Part shown: one piece after another, positions 8,619 to 18,184 of the stretch
How positions within the stretch are numbered: the stretch's first letter is position 1
How the letters are laid out: every line of letters begins with the position of its first letter
From: Flavobacteriales bacterium
GTDB taxonomy: Bacteria > Bacteroidota > Bacteroidia > Flavobacteriales > BACL11
Assembly: GCA_002683775.1 (NCBI GenBank)
Contig: NYTT01000067.1
Location: forward strand, 1 to 37,708
Reading direction: 5' to 3'
DNA length: 37,708 nt
The notes under the pieces: model-generated
Database searches by the model: none
What the model saw: the letters and a program-made list of their open reading frames with translations, nothing else
Told to the model about the DNA's origin: nothing
Program-made: the position numbers and the translations under genes

Positions 8619-11207
8619 TTACCCACATTTGCTGTAACCGCAGCTAACACACTTAAGACAGCCTTCTTCATATATTAATCCTTCATCTCCACATTCACCA
8701 CATGTGTGATCACTAACTTTCGTTCCATCTGCAATAAATGTTTTAAGAGCTCTTACAACTCCACTTTTCCATGTGTTGATATTTTCATCATATAAGTTCA
8801 TCTTGCCTATTAAATCTACAACATAATGTAATGGCATTCCATGTCTTAATACTCCTGAAATAAGTTTAGCATAATTCCAGAATTCTTTATTAAATGAACG
8901 TGAAAGCCCTCCCATAGTAACTTTATATCCGTCTTTATCTTCATATTGAAAATCATATTGTGAGGAGCCATCTTCTTTTCTTTTTTTCAGAACCCAACCG
9001 TACTCAACTGCAGCTGGCATATTGAAAACATCTTCAGTTTTACCAGTGAAAATTTCATATGGTCTTCCATTTAAAAGCCCTACAACTGCTATCCATTTTT
9101 CTTTGTTATTTTGGAATCTTACAACCTTAGCATCTAGCCTTTCAGGTCTTGATGGGGCTTTAGTTTCTTTAAATTCAGAGTTTTCTAACACTTGTTCTTT
9201 TTTGTCATCAGCTGAAACAAGTACGCCAGATCTTGATCCGTCTCGATAAACTGTAATACCTTTTGTGCCTTGTTTCCAAGATTCTAAGTAGATATTACTA
9301 ACTTCCTCTAACGATACATCATTTGGTAGATTAATCGTAGAACTTATCGAGTGAGTTACATATTTTTGTACTTTAGCTTGCATCTCTACTCTTTTAACCC
9401 AGTCAATTTCAGGGGCTGTACTACCAGAATATGGACTTTTTTTAATATCTGTTTCACCTGTAATATCCATCCATTTTTTTAGATTATGATGATATACTGT
9501 GAATTCTTGCCACTTATCTCCAGAATCATCAATGAAGTCCACTTTTGCTTCTTTATCCTGCTCATTAAGTTTTCTTCTCCTTTTATAATGTGTCATAAAT
9601 ACTGGCTCTATCCCTGATGATGTTTGAGCTAACATACTTAATGTACCTGTTGGGGCAACAGTACTTATTGAGATATTTCTTCTTCCAAATTTCATCATTC
9701 TTTCATATACATCTGGCAATTCATTTTCTAACATCTGTACAAATTCTGAAGTTTTTTCAATTTTGGCATCAAAACCTACAAAGCTTCCTCTTGATAAAGA
9801 CATGTCAATAGAGCTATCAAATTCAGCTCTACATTTTTCTTTCATTATTTCTTCAACCTTTGTAATTGCTTCATCTGAGTCAATAGACATTCCTAAAGCA
9901 GCTACCATATCTGCAAGTGCGGTAAATCCTAGTCCTGTTCTTCTGCCTTCAACTCCCGTTTTTAACAACAATTCCCATGTTTCTCTTTCAACTGCTTTAA
10001 TTTTTTCAGGTTCTTCATCTGAGTCAATTTTTGATAAAATTCTACCGATAGCTTCATTTTCTAAATCTACTAAATCATCCATCAATCTTTGTCCTTCGTA
10101 TGTAGCTTTGTAAAAATCCTCCATAAGAAATTTAGCATCTTTAGTAAATGGATTTTCTACAAAATTATAAAGATTCATAGCAATTAATCTACAACTATCT
10201 CCTCCTTGCATTGCAATCTCAGAGCAAGGGTTTGTAGATGTGTTCTTATAGCCTGGATATACCGATGAAGTTGAATACCAGTGTTGTCTGTCCCAAAAAA
10301 TCAAACCTGGTTCTGCTGTATTATGTGCACATTCAATAATTGTATCCCATAATTCTTTAGCATTAACTGTTTTAGTAAATTTTGGAGTGTTTGAATCAAT
10401 TGGCCATTTATGTGTATATTCACTATTAGATTCTACTGCTTTCATAAATTCGTCAGATAATCTAATCGAAATATTTGCACCTGTTACTTTTTGTAAATCT
10501 TGTTTAATAGTTATAAATTCTTTTACATCAGGGTGAGCGATATCCATAGATAGCATTAAAGCACCCCTTCTACCATTCTGAGCAACTTCTCTTGTTGTAT
10601 TTGAAAAGCGATTCATGAATGAAACTGCTCCAGAGGTACTTTTTGCAGCATTTGAGACACTTGCACCTGTTGGTCTTAAATTAGAAATATCAACTCCAAC
10701 CCCACATCTTCTTTTAAAAAGTTGAGCTAATTGTTGATCTGTATAAAACACTCCACCATATGAGTCGTGTAATTCAGGTACCACAATGCAATTTGAGAGT
10801 GAAGCTAATTGGTACGAATTCCCCAACGAACTCATAACGCTCCCTTGAGGAATTATATATCCAAAATCTTTAAAATATTTATAAACTTTTTCTTCTGTTA
10901 AGTCTTCTCTTTCTTGTCCATATTGTGAAAGAAATTTTGCGCTGCCATTAAGGTTATATTTTAACTTATAATCCGCTTCAATTCTTCCAAATTCTTTTGC
11001 CATTCTTTTATGCATATCATCAGGAGATAATTCAACAAATTCTCCCGTATTATTTTTTACAGCATACTTGTTCATCCAGGTTGTTGCGGCTAATTCATCA
11101 CCCTTAAAATAAGATATAGATGATTTTAGAACTTGTTCATAAGAGTATATTTTCTGGCTTTTTGTTTTAACTTGATGTTTTTTCTGCTTCTTTAAAATAG
11201 TGGACAT
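8619..11207 (-). CDS. nrdJ: Adenosylcobalamin-dependent (class II) ribonucleotide reductase
   Basis: 862 aa. RNR ten-stranded barrel motifs are present (NPCSEI with the catalytic Cys, GLGFTALAD, STVAPTGTLS), and there is a C-terminal Cys-rich tail CGECG...CLKCVSCG. No R2 subunit gene is adjacent. Confidence 0.88.
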   Translation of the reverse strand: MSTILKKQKKHQVKTKSQKIYSYEQVLKSSISYFKGDELAATTWMNKYAVKNNTGEFVELSPDDMHKRMAKEFGRIEADYKLKYNLNGSAKFLSQYGQEREDLTEEKVYKYFKDFGYIIPQGSVMSSLGNSYQLASLSNCIVVPELHDSYGGVFYTDQQLAQLFKRRCGVGVDISNLRPTGASVSNAAKSTSGAVSFMNRFSNTTREVAQNGRRGALMLSMDIAHPDVKEFITIKQDLQKVTGANISIRLSDEFMKAVESNSEYTHKWPIDSNTPKFTKTVNAKELWDTIIECAHNTAEPGLIFWDRQHWYSTSSVYPGYKNTSTNPCSEIAMQGGDSCRLIAMNLYNFVENPFTKDAKFLMEDFYKATYEGQRLMDDLVDLENEAIGRILSKIDSDEEPEKIKAVERETWELLLKTGVEGRRTGLGFTALADMVAALGMSIDSDEAITKVEEIMKEKCRAEFDSSIDMSLSRGSFVGFDAKIEKTSEFVQMLENELPDVYERMMKFGRRNISISTVAPTGTLSMLAQTSSGIEPVFMTHYKRRRKLNEQDKEAKVDFIDDSGDKWQEFTVYHHNLKKWMDITGETDIKKSPYSGSTAPEIDWVKRVEMQAKVQKYVTHSISSTINLPNDVSLEEVSNIYLESWKQGTKGITVYRDGSRSGVLVSADDKKEQVLENSEFKETKAPSRPERLDAKVVRFQNNKEKWIAVVGLLNGRPYEIFTGKTEDVFNMPAAVEYGWVLKKRKEDGSSQYDFQYEDKDGYKVTMGGLSRSFNKEFWNYAKLISGVLRHGMPLHYVVDLIGKMNLYDENINTWKSGVVRALKTFIADGTKVSDHTCGECGDEGLIYEEGCLKCVSCGYSKCG

Positions 11208-11449
11208 ATTTTTCAGGATATTATTGTGGTTAATTATCGTTGTACTTTTATCACTACAAGTTTAAAAAGAAAGTCAAATATTAGAACAATGTTCCACAAA
11301 CGATTCTTAACAGTTTTTTCAACAATAAGTTAATAAGTAGCTTAAGTAGTTGAAAATTAAATAAATGAAATTAGTTTAAATTTAGTTTGCTTTTTTTGCT
11401 CTAGAGATACAAAATTTTTTAAATCTTTTAATATTATGAGCCGTAAGGA

Positions 11450-12139
11450 TTAAATACTAAATTCTTGTAAGATACTTTCAAATAGAACAATACCATCTTG
11501 ATTTTTCAGTTCATTATCTGCTGCTCTTTCAGGATGAGGCATTAATCCAAAAACATTTCGATTTTTGTTACATATACCTGCAATATTAAGTTTAGAGCCA
11601 TTAGGATTACTATTTGCTTCAACAACCCCATCTTTGTCTGAATATTTGAAGAGTATTTGGTCATTTTTATTTAAAGAAGATAATATCCTTTCATCCGCAT
11701 AGTACCTTCCTTCAGCGTGAGCAATAGGGATTTTAATTGTATTCTTAGTGTATTTTTTTGTAATAATTGTGTTTTGAGAAATAGGTTTTAAAAAAACATT
11801 TTTACAAATAAATTTGTGTGATATGTTATTTAAAAGTGCTCCTGGCAATAGATTACTTTCAGTTAAAATTTGAAATCCATTACATATCCCCATTACATAT
11901 CCACCCGAATTTGCAAATTTAATTATCTCTTTCATTATAGGAGAGTATCTTGCCAATGCTCCAGAACGTAAGTAATCACCGTAAGAAAACCCGCCGGGTA
12001 AAATAATAAAGTCCACTTTTTGAAGATTTGTGTCTTTATGCCATAATTTAACAACTTCTTGTTTCAATTTTTTTTCTAAAATGTAAATAATATCCTGATC
12101 ACAATTAGAGCCTGGAAAAATAACAACACCAAATTTCAT
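11450..12139 (-). CDS. purQ: Phosphoribosylformylglycinamidine synthase, glutaminase subunit
   Basis: 229 aa class I glutamine amidotransferase: MKFGVVIFPGSNCDQD, GICNGFQ (nucleophile Cys) and MPHPER. Confidence 0.88.
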   Translation of the reverse strand: MKFGVVIFPGSNCDQDIIYILEKKLKQEVVKLWHKDTNLQKVDFIILPGGFSYGDYLRSGALARYSPIMKEIIKFANSGGYVMGICNGFQILTESNLLPGALLNNISHKFICKNVFLKPISQNTIITKKYTKNTIKIPIAHAEGRYYADERILSSLNKNDQILFKYSDKDGVVEANSNPNGSKLNIAGICNKNRNVFGLMPHPERAADNELKNQDGIVLFESILQEFSI

Positions 12140-12163
12140 AAAAATATATTTTAGATTACAAAC

Positions 12164-13102
12164 TTACACATTAAAACCAATCATATATTTATAATAGATA
12201 GAAGAAATTACTAACAATAAAAACAAAACATTCGCAATCAATCTATTTTTTGTGTAAACAAAATAATTGCCTAATATTACTGAAAGAGGAAGAAACATAA
12301 AATAAAAATATTCACTTTTTGAATAAAGCGAAGTGATAAAACAAATAATAAAAAACCAGATTATTGTCATAAATGTTCTTCTTGATTTCATACTTTTTTT
12401 ATACAGCCATGTAAATAACTCAAGAAAAGATAAAAGAGATATACAAATCAAGATAATGATCCAAATTTTTTTGGAATGATGCCACATGTTAATTGATGAA
12501 AATTCTGTATTCTGAAAATTAAAAAAGTCAGGCATTGTAATGCTACTATTCAAAAGAAAAGAAAAAATAAAGTAAAATAAATATGGTGTAATAAAACCTA
12601 AGATTATTGTAGTTCCTATACGTAAATTTAAATTACTATAATTTATTCCATTTATTATAAGAAGTAATATTAAGCAGATTGCATTTGGAAAGATGAATGA
12701 TATGACTGCTAGAATAAGAGAGGCATTATAAAATTGAGAAAATGGCAATTCTTTTTGGTAACTTTTTAATAGATTATTAAATAGGAATAACAATAAAAAA
12801 GTTGTGGTCCAAACTTTAATGTTATTTGTAAATGCACAACTTATTAAAATAAAAATAAAACTAATTAGTAAGTTTTCTTTCTTAAGTATATTTTTTTCAT
12901 ATATCATGTTATTTAGTCCCATGCTAATAAGAAAAGGCAAAGCTATTGATATGATAAGTATTAGAAAGGAGTTGATTTTAGTATTTTGGTAGATACTATT
13001 AATGTCATATTGAAATAGAGGTATACATGCAAAAATTATACAAAAAAAAACGAAAAATATAATTGTTGATGGCTTAGGGTTTATTAGATGTCTTAAAAAC
13101 AT
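12164..13102 (-). CDS. Hypothetical polytopic integral membrane protein
   Basis: 312 aa, about 9-10 hydrophobic segments, no recognisable catalytic motif. Lies 24 nt upstream of purQ on the same strand. Confidence 0.6.
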   Translation of the reverse strand: MFLRHLINPKPSTIIFFVFFCIIFACIPLFQYDINSIYQNTKINSFLILIISIALPFLISMGLNNMIYEKNILKKENLLISFIFILISCAFTNNIKVWTTTFLLLFLFNNLLKSYQKELPFSQFYNASLILAVISFIFPNAICLILLLIINGINYSNLNLRIGTTIILGFITPYLFYFIFSFLLNSSITMPDFFNFQNTEFSSINMWHHSKKIWIIILICISLLSFLELFTWLYKKSMKSRRTFMTIIWFFIICFITSLYSKSEYFYFMFLPLSVILGNYFVYTKNRLIANVLFLLLVISSIYYKYMIGFNV

Positions 13103-13121
13103 TTTTTTCGTTTAAAATATT

Positions 13122-13129
13122 TAAGTTTG
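13122..13129 (+). promoter_or_regulatory. -7 promoter box TAAGTTTG for the small ORF at 13149
   Basis: Exact TAnnTTTG, 19 nt upstream of the ATG at 13149. Confidence 0.4.
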
Positions 13130-13148
13130 CAATTGAAAATTAAAAATT

Positions 13149-13325
13149 ATGAAAGAAATATTTTGTGCTATTGGAGATTTTTTCTCTTTAATCTTTATGG
13201 GTGTTGAAACTATTGGAAATTCAATCAATTATTTATATATATGTATTATATTTTTATTTTTAGTTATATGGACAGCTAAGATGTTAAAGCATAGAAAAGA
13301 TAATGAAGAGCACGCTCCTCTATAA
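13149..13325 (+). CDS. Small hypothetical membrane protein (58 aa), not in the ORF track
   Basis: My own translation: MKEIFCAIGDFFSLIFMGVETIGNSINYLYICIIFLFLVIWTAKMLKHRKDNEEHAPL*. It has two hydrophobic stretches and a charged tail, and a correctly spaced -7 box. The 3' end overlaps the convergent purD stop by 6 nt. Confidence 0.45.
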   Translation: MKEIFCAIGDFFSLIFMGVETIGNSINYLYICIIFLFLVIWTAKMLKHRKDNEEHAPL

Positions 13326-14591
13326 ATCAAATCCAATATCAGTTCGATAATACTTTTTGTTGAATGATATTTGTTTTGCGCTATCATATGATGCTTTAAG
13401 TGCTAAATTTAAATTTTCTGCCAGTGAAGTTAGAGCAAGAACTCTACCTCCATTTGTTTTTAAACCATCATCAAATTTAGTGCCTGCATGAAAAATAATA
13501 CTTTTGTCTACTTTATCAGTGCCTAATATTAACTTGTCTTTTTCATAATTTGAAGGATACCCTCCAGAAACTAGCATGACTGTGGCTGCAACTTCTGTAG
13601 AAATCTCTAAATCTCTTTCACTAAACGTTCCGTCATTTATCCCCTTTAGTAGATTTAAAAAATCTGATGAAATTCTAGGCAAAATAACTTCAGTCTCAGG
13701 ATCTCCCATCCTTACATTGTATTCTATTACTTTAGGTTGACCCTTTACATTAATCAGTCCAAAAAAGATAAAACCACTGTACCTAATATTATCTTTTATA
13801 AGACCCTTAATTGTAGGCTTAATAATCTCTCTTTCTACTTTTTCTATATAAAACCTATCAGCAAAAGGGACGGGTGAAATTGCTCCCATTCCACCAGTAT
13901 TTAATCCTGTATCTCCTTCTCCAATTCTTTTGTAGTCCTTTGCTGAAGGTAATATTTTATATGAGATACCGTCTGTAAGTGCAAAGACAGATAATTCTGT
14001 TCCTTCTAAAAACTCTTCAATTACTACTGTAGATGATGCCTTACCAAATTTACCATCACATATCATTTTTTTCAATTCTTTCTTAGCTTCTTTTATATCA
14101 TTGATAATTAACACTCCTTTACCCGCCGCAAGACCATCTGCTTTTAGAACATATGGAGGAGATAAACTTTCAAGGAATTTAGAGCTATCTTTGAGATTTT
14201 CTTTCGTAAAGGCTTTATATTTAGCAGTTGGAATATTATGTCTGAACATAAATTCTTTAGCAAACTTTTTACTTCCTTCTAATTGAGCTCCTTGTTTCGA
14301 TGGCCCAATAAGTGCAATATTTTTCAATTCATCGTCATTTTGAAAAAAATCGTAAATTCCATTTACTAGAGGTTCTTCAGGGCCAACCAAAACTATTTCA
14401 ACTTCATTTATTAAAACAAATTTTTTTATACTATTAAAATCATTTATTTCAATATCTACATTTGTGCCAACATCATTTGTACCAGCGTTTCCAGGAGCAA
14501 TAAAAAGCTTATTACAACTACTACTTTTAGAGATTTTCCAAGCAAAAGCATGTTCTCTTCCTCCACTTCCTAAGATTAATACGTTTATCAT
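13320..14591 (-). CDS. purD: Phosphoribosylamine--glycine ligase
   Basis: 423 aa ATP-grasp protein: MINVLILGSGGREHAFAWK, LKADGLAAGKGV, EYNVRMGDPE, GGRVL. Confidence 0.92.
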   Translation of the reverse strand: MINVLILGSGGREHAFAWKISKSSSCNKLFIAPGNAGTNDVGTNVDIEINDFNSIKKFVLINEVEIVLVGPEEPLVNGIYDFFQNDDELKNIALIGPSKQGAQLEGSKKFAKEFMFRHNIPTAKYKAFTKENLKDSSKFLESLSPPYVLKADGLAAGKGVLIINDIKEAKKELKKMICDGKFGKASSTVVIEEFLEGTELSVFALTDGISYKILPSAKDYKRIGEGDTGLNTGGMGAISPVPFADRFYIEKVEREIIKPTIKGLIKDNIRYSGFIFFGLINVKGQPKVIEYNVRMGDPETEVILPRISSDFLNLLKGINDGTFSERDLEISTEVAATVMLVSGGYPSNYEKDKLILGTDKVDKSIIFHAGTKFDDGLKTNGGRVLALTSLAENLNLALKASYDSAKQISFNKKYYRTDIGFDL

Positions 14592-14596
14592 TTTTG

Positions 14597-15343
14597 TTAA
14601 TTATCCATTGCCATCATGATTTCTTCAGATAACTCCATGTTATGAAACACTTGTTGTACATCATCATTTTCTTCAAGTAAATCTAATAATTTTAATACAT
14701 TTTTTGATTGTTCCACAGTAATTTTTTTATAATTATTTGGTATACGTTGAAGTTCAGAATTTATAATTTCAATTTTTAAATCTTCTAACTTTATTTGCAT
14801 ATTATTAAAATCTATAAAGTCACAATAAATAGTTATTGCTTCAGAGTCTATCTCTAACTCTTCTAAACCAGCATCTATTAGTTCCATTTCGAAGTCATCA
14901 ATGCTCATATTTATATTTTCTGAACTTAGCGTAAAAACCCCTTTACGATTAAATATAAATTCTAAAGATCCATTTGTTCCCAACGCGCCTTCACACTTAC
15001 TAAAATAAGATCGAACATCAGCAACTGTTCTGTTATTATTATTTGTCGCACAATCTACAAAAATAGCAATACCGTTAACTGCGTATCCCTCAAGAGACAT
15101 TTCTTCATAATTTGCCGTGTCTTTATCACTTGCTTTTTTAATTGCACGTAATACATTATCTTTAGGCATGTTTGCTGTTTTTGCATTTTGCATCACTTGC
15201 CTAAGTCTTGAATTTGAATCAGGGTCTGAGCCTCCATCCTTTACGGCCATTACAATATCTTTTCCAATTCTAGTGAAGGTTTTGGCCATCTTTGACCATC
15301 TTTTCATTTTTCTAGCTTTTCTAAATTCAAACGCTCTACCCAT
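14597..15343 (-). CDS. YebC/PmpR-family DNA-binding regulatory protein
   Basis: N-terminus MGRAFEFRKARKMKRWSKMAKTFTRIGKDI is diagnostic for the family. It lies between lepA and purD with gaps of 10 nt and 5 nt. Confidence 0.88.
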   Translation of the reverse strand: MGRAFEFRKARKMKRWSKMAKTFTRIGKDIVMAVKDGGSDPDSNSRLRQVMQNAKTANMPKDNVLRAIKKASDKDTANYEEMSLEGYAVNGIAIFVDCATNNNNRTVADVRSYFSKCEGALGTNGSLEFIFNRKGVFTLSSENINMSIDDFEMELIDAGLEELEIDSEAITIYCDFIDFNNMQIKLEDLKIEIINSELQRIPNNYKKITVEQSKNVLKLLDLLEENDDVQQVFHNMELSEEIMMAMDN

Positions 15344-15353
15344 TGTTTAATTT

Positions 15354-17144
15354 TTAATCATCTAATTTTAAAACTGATAAGAATGCTTCTTGAGGTATTT
15401 CAACATTACCCACTTGTCTCATACGTTTTTTACCTTTCTTTTGCTTTTCTAATAACTTTCTTTTTCTTGAAATATCTCCACCGTAACATTTTGCAGTAAC
15501 ATCTTTTCTTAACGCCTTAACAGTTTCTCTTGAAATAATTTTCGCTCCAATTGCTGATTGAATTGCAATATCAAATTGTTGTCTAGGTATAAGTTCTTTT
15601 AACTTAGCACATAATTTCTTTCCAAGTGTATAAGAATTTGTTTTGTGAACTAATGCTGACAACGCATCTACTGGGTCACCATTTAATAAAATATCTAGCT
15701 TAGATAGGACTGAAACTCTATATCCGATTGGCGAATAATCAAAAGAAGCATAGCCTTTCGATATAGATTTTAATCTATCATAAAAATCAAAAACAATTTC
15801 GCCTAAAGGCATTTCAAAGGATAGTTCAACTCTATCTGTAGTTAAGTATACTTGATTTGTTAGTTCACCACGTTTTGCAATGCAAAGACTCATTACTGGC
15901 CCTATAAAGTCAGATTTAGTGATGATTTGAGCTCTTATGTAAGGTTCATCAACACTTTCTAAAACACTAGGGTCTGGATAGTCAGATGGATTATGTATTT
16001 CAAGTTTTTCTCCGTTTCTTTTATATGCAAAATATGACACATTAGGTACAGTGGTTATTACTGTCATATCAAATTCTCTTTCAAGTCGTTCTTGTATAAT
16101 TTCCATATGTAGCATACCTAAAAATCCACAACGAAATCCAAACCCAAGTGCTGCAGATGATTCTGTTTCAAAAGTTAAAGACGCATCATTTAATTGTAAT
16201 TTTTCCATTGAACTCCTGAGCTCTTCATAGTCTTCAGTGTCAACGGGATAAATACCAGCAAAAACCATAGGTTTAACCTCTTCAAAGCCTTTTACCGGTT
16301 CTAAAGCAGCATTCTCACATGTTGTTATTGTGTCGCCAACTTTTACTTCTGTAGCTGATTTAATTCCTGAGATTATATAGCCAACTTCACCAGCGTATAA
16401 TGTTTTTTTTGGAAATTGCTTTAATCTTAAGGCTCCAATTTCATCAGCATTATACTCCATGCCAGTAGCCATGAATTTCACTTTTTCACCTTTCTTTATA
16501 GTTCCATTTATCACTTTGAAATAAGCTTCAACGCCTCTAAATGTATTATAAACAGAATCAAATATCATAGCTTGTAATGGAGCTTGATGATCTCCAATTG
16601 GTGGAGGTATTTTTTCTATAATGGAATTTAATATAGATTCGATTCCTTGGCCTGTTTTGGCACTTGCAGCTAAGATATCATCATTTTCACACATTATTAG
16701 ATTTACAATTTGATCTTTTACAACTTCGGGTTCTGCAGATGGAAGATCAATTTTATTTAAAACCGGAATGATTGTTAAATCATGCTCTAATGCAAGGTAA
16801 AGATTTGATATAGTTTGAGCTTGAATTCCCTGTGCAGCATCTACAATTAAAAGAGCTCCCTCACATGCGGCAATAGATCTTGAAACTTCATAAGAGAAAT
16901 CAACATGCCCAGGGGTATCGATTAAGTTAAGTATATAATGCTCACCATTGCTAATGTATTCCATTTGAATTGCATGACTTTTAATGGTAATTCCTCTTTC
17001 TTTTTCAAGATCCATATTGTCAAGAACTTGTTCTTCTGCCTCTCTTTCAGAAACTGCTCCTGTAAATTCTAATAGGCGATCTGCTAAAGTTGACTTTCCA
17101 TGATCTATATGTGCAATAATGCAAAAATTTCTAATATTCTTCAT
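15354..17144 (-). CDS. lepA: Translation elongation factor 4
   Basis: [38 protein letters not shown], and a LepA-specific C-terminal domain. Start placed at the ATG at 17144, not the track's TTG at 17153, which lies within the -7 box. Confidence 0.93.
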   Translation of the reverse strand: MKNIRNFCIIAHIDHGKSTLADRLLEFTGAVSEREAEEQVLDNMDLEKERGITIKSHAIQMEYISNGEHYILNLIDTPGHVDFSYEVSRSIAACEGALLIVDAAQGIQAQTISNLYLALEHDLTIIPVLNKIDLPSAEPEVVKDQIVNLIMCENDDILAASAKTGQGIESILNSIIEKIPPPIGDHQAPLQAMIFDSVYNTFRGVEAYFKVINGTIKKGEKVKFMATGMEYNADEIGALRLKQFPKKTLYAGEVGYIISGIKSATEVKVGDTITTCENAALEPVKGFEEVKPMVFAGIYPVDTEDYEELRSSMEKLQLNDASLTFETESSAALGFGFRCGFLGMLHMEIIQERLEREFDMTVITTVPNVSYFAYKRNGEKLEIHNPSDYPDPSVLESVDEPYIRAQIITKSDFIGPVMSLCIAKRGELTNQVYLTTDRVELSFEMPLGEIVFDFYDRLKSISKGYASFDYSPIGYRVSVLSKLDILLNGDPVDALSALVHKTNSYTLGKKLCAKLKELIPRQQFDIAIQSAIGAKIISRETVKALRKDVTAKCYGGDISRKRKLLEKQKKGKKRMRQVGNVEIPQEAFLSVLKLDD

Positions 17145-17150
17145 TGAAAA

Positions 17151-17158
17151 CAAAAATA
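17151..17158 (-). promoter_or_regulatory. -7 promoter box TATTTTTG for lepA-yebC-purD
   Basis: Exact TAnnTTTG on the minus strand, 6 nt upstream of the lepA ATG. Implies a very short or absent leader. Confidence 0.4.
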
Positions 17159-17204
17159 CATTTTTTCAGTTATTATAACTCTGTTATTTAATTAGATATA
17201 TTCT

Positions 17205-17212
17205 TATATTTG
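17205..17212 (+). promoter_or_regulatory. -7 promoter box TATATTTG for the DUF2061 gene
   Basis: Exact TAnnTTTG, 19 nt upstream of the ATG at 17232. Confidence 0.4.
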
Positions 17213-17231
17213 ATATTTAAAATATAATTCA

Positions 17232-17459
17232 ATGAGTAAAATTAAGATTAGTAAAAGAAGGCATTTGATTAAAGCAATCACATGGAGTATCATTGCTTCA
17301 GTTACAACATTTTTTATTGGAAAAGCTTTTGGATTAGATAATGATAAAGCGTTTATGATTGTAATATTTGATCGTGCTTTGAAATTCATCTTATATTATT
17401 TGCATGAACGAACCTGGTTTTCATCAAATTTAGGCATTTTAGAAAGATCGGATGATTAA
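17232..17459 (+). CDS. DUF2061-family small membrane protein
   Basis: 75 aa. The pattern RHLIKAITWSIIASVTTFFI...IVIFDRALKFILYYLHERTW matches my recollection of DUF2061. Has its own promoter box. Overlaps the convergent rhomboid gene by 4 nt. Confidence 0.6.
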   Translation: MSKIKISKRRHLIKAITWSIIASVTTFFIGKAFGLDNDKAFMIVIFDRALKFILYYLHERTWFSSNLGILERSDD

Positions 17460-18130
17460 GGTTTTTTTTGTTTCGTAATAATATAGTTAATTTTAATTTC
17501 GTTTTCAGTTTCAACTCTTTTTTCTAATTCCTCATCAATTTCCCATTGATATTTTTTTGGTTTTGGCCCTTCATTTTTATAAAATATTGCTGTTATTAAT
17601 CCAGCAAATAGACCTGTTAAATGACCCTCCCATGATATACCACTTTTAAATGGGAAAACCCCCCAAATTAATGAGCCATACAAAAAAATAATTATCATAC
17701 TTAACGCAGCCAGCCTTGGGTTTTTTCTAATTAAACCACTAACAAATAAAAATGCTGCAAGACTGTAAATCATTCCGCTAGCACCAATATGATATGATTC
17801 TCTACCAATTATCCAGAGCCAAAAACCAGAAATAAAAAAGAGCCAAATAAAAATTTGTAATGCAATACTACGATATGCTGAAAATAATAGCGATCCAAGT
17901 ATCAATATTGGGTATGAGTTATTAAATAAATGAGTAAAATCTTTGTGAATAAATGGGGAAAATAAAATTCCTGAAAGAGAATTAATATCTTTTGGATAAA
18001 TTCCAAATTTAACAAATGATAAATTAAATTGAATTTCCACAAACTTAACAATCCACATAATTAAAAGAAATACAAATGGAATTATAAGAATAAAAAAAAA
18101 TTCTTTTGTTTCTTTTTTATTGATATTCAT
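17456..18130 (-). CDS. Rhomboid-family intramembrane serine protease
   Basis: Six hydrophobic helices, a GASGMIYSL (GxSG) catalytic Ser motif and a downstream EGHLTGLFAG His helix. Confidence 0.8.
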   Translation of the reverse strand: MNINKKETKEFFFILIIPFVFLLIMWIVKFVEIQFNLSFVKFGIYPKDINSLSGILFSPFIHKDFTHLFNNSYPILILGSLLFSAYRSIALQIFIWLFFISGFWLWIIGRESYHIGASGMIYSLAAFLFVSGLIRKNPRLAALSMIIIFLYGSLIWGVFPFKSGISWEGHLTGLFAGLITAIFYKNEGPKPKKYQWEIDEELEKRVETENEIKINYIITKQKKP

Positions 18131-18184
18131 ATTATCATGTAAATATAACTAAATAATATCTATTAGTTGTACTTTTACTTTATA

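Noticed and set aside
9763-10113. 116-aa plus-strand ORF inside nrdJ, together with the similar antisense ORFs at 9022-9249 and 9617-9811.
   Set aside because: They lie entirely antisense to a strongly supported 862-aa RNR gene. Their Ser/Leu/Phe-rich, low-complexity translations are typical of shadow ORFs, and no promoter box or independent homology is visible.
11208-11449. Possible cobalamin riboswitch or NrdR boxes upstream of the B12-dependent RNR.
   Set aside because: The region is almost devoid of G+C and lacks anything like the GC-rich B12-box core. I could not find a pair of 16-bp acaCwAtATaTwGtgt-type palindromes at the ~31-bp NrdR spacing. Only the single GAACAATGTTC dyad is reported, as a low-interest finding.
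17204-17389. 61-aa minus-strand ORF overlapping the DUF2061 gene.
   Set aside because: The plus-strand frame has a correctly spaced promoter box and a DUF2061-like sequence. The minus-strand frame overlaps the plus-strand gene's -7 box and start region and has no support.
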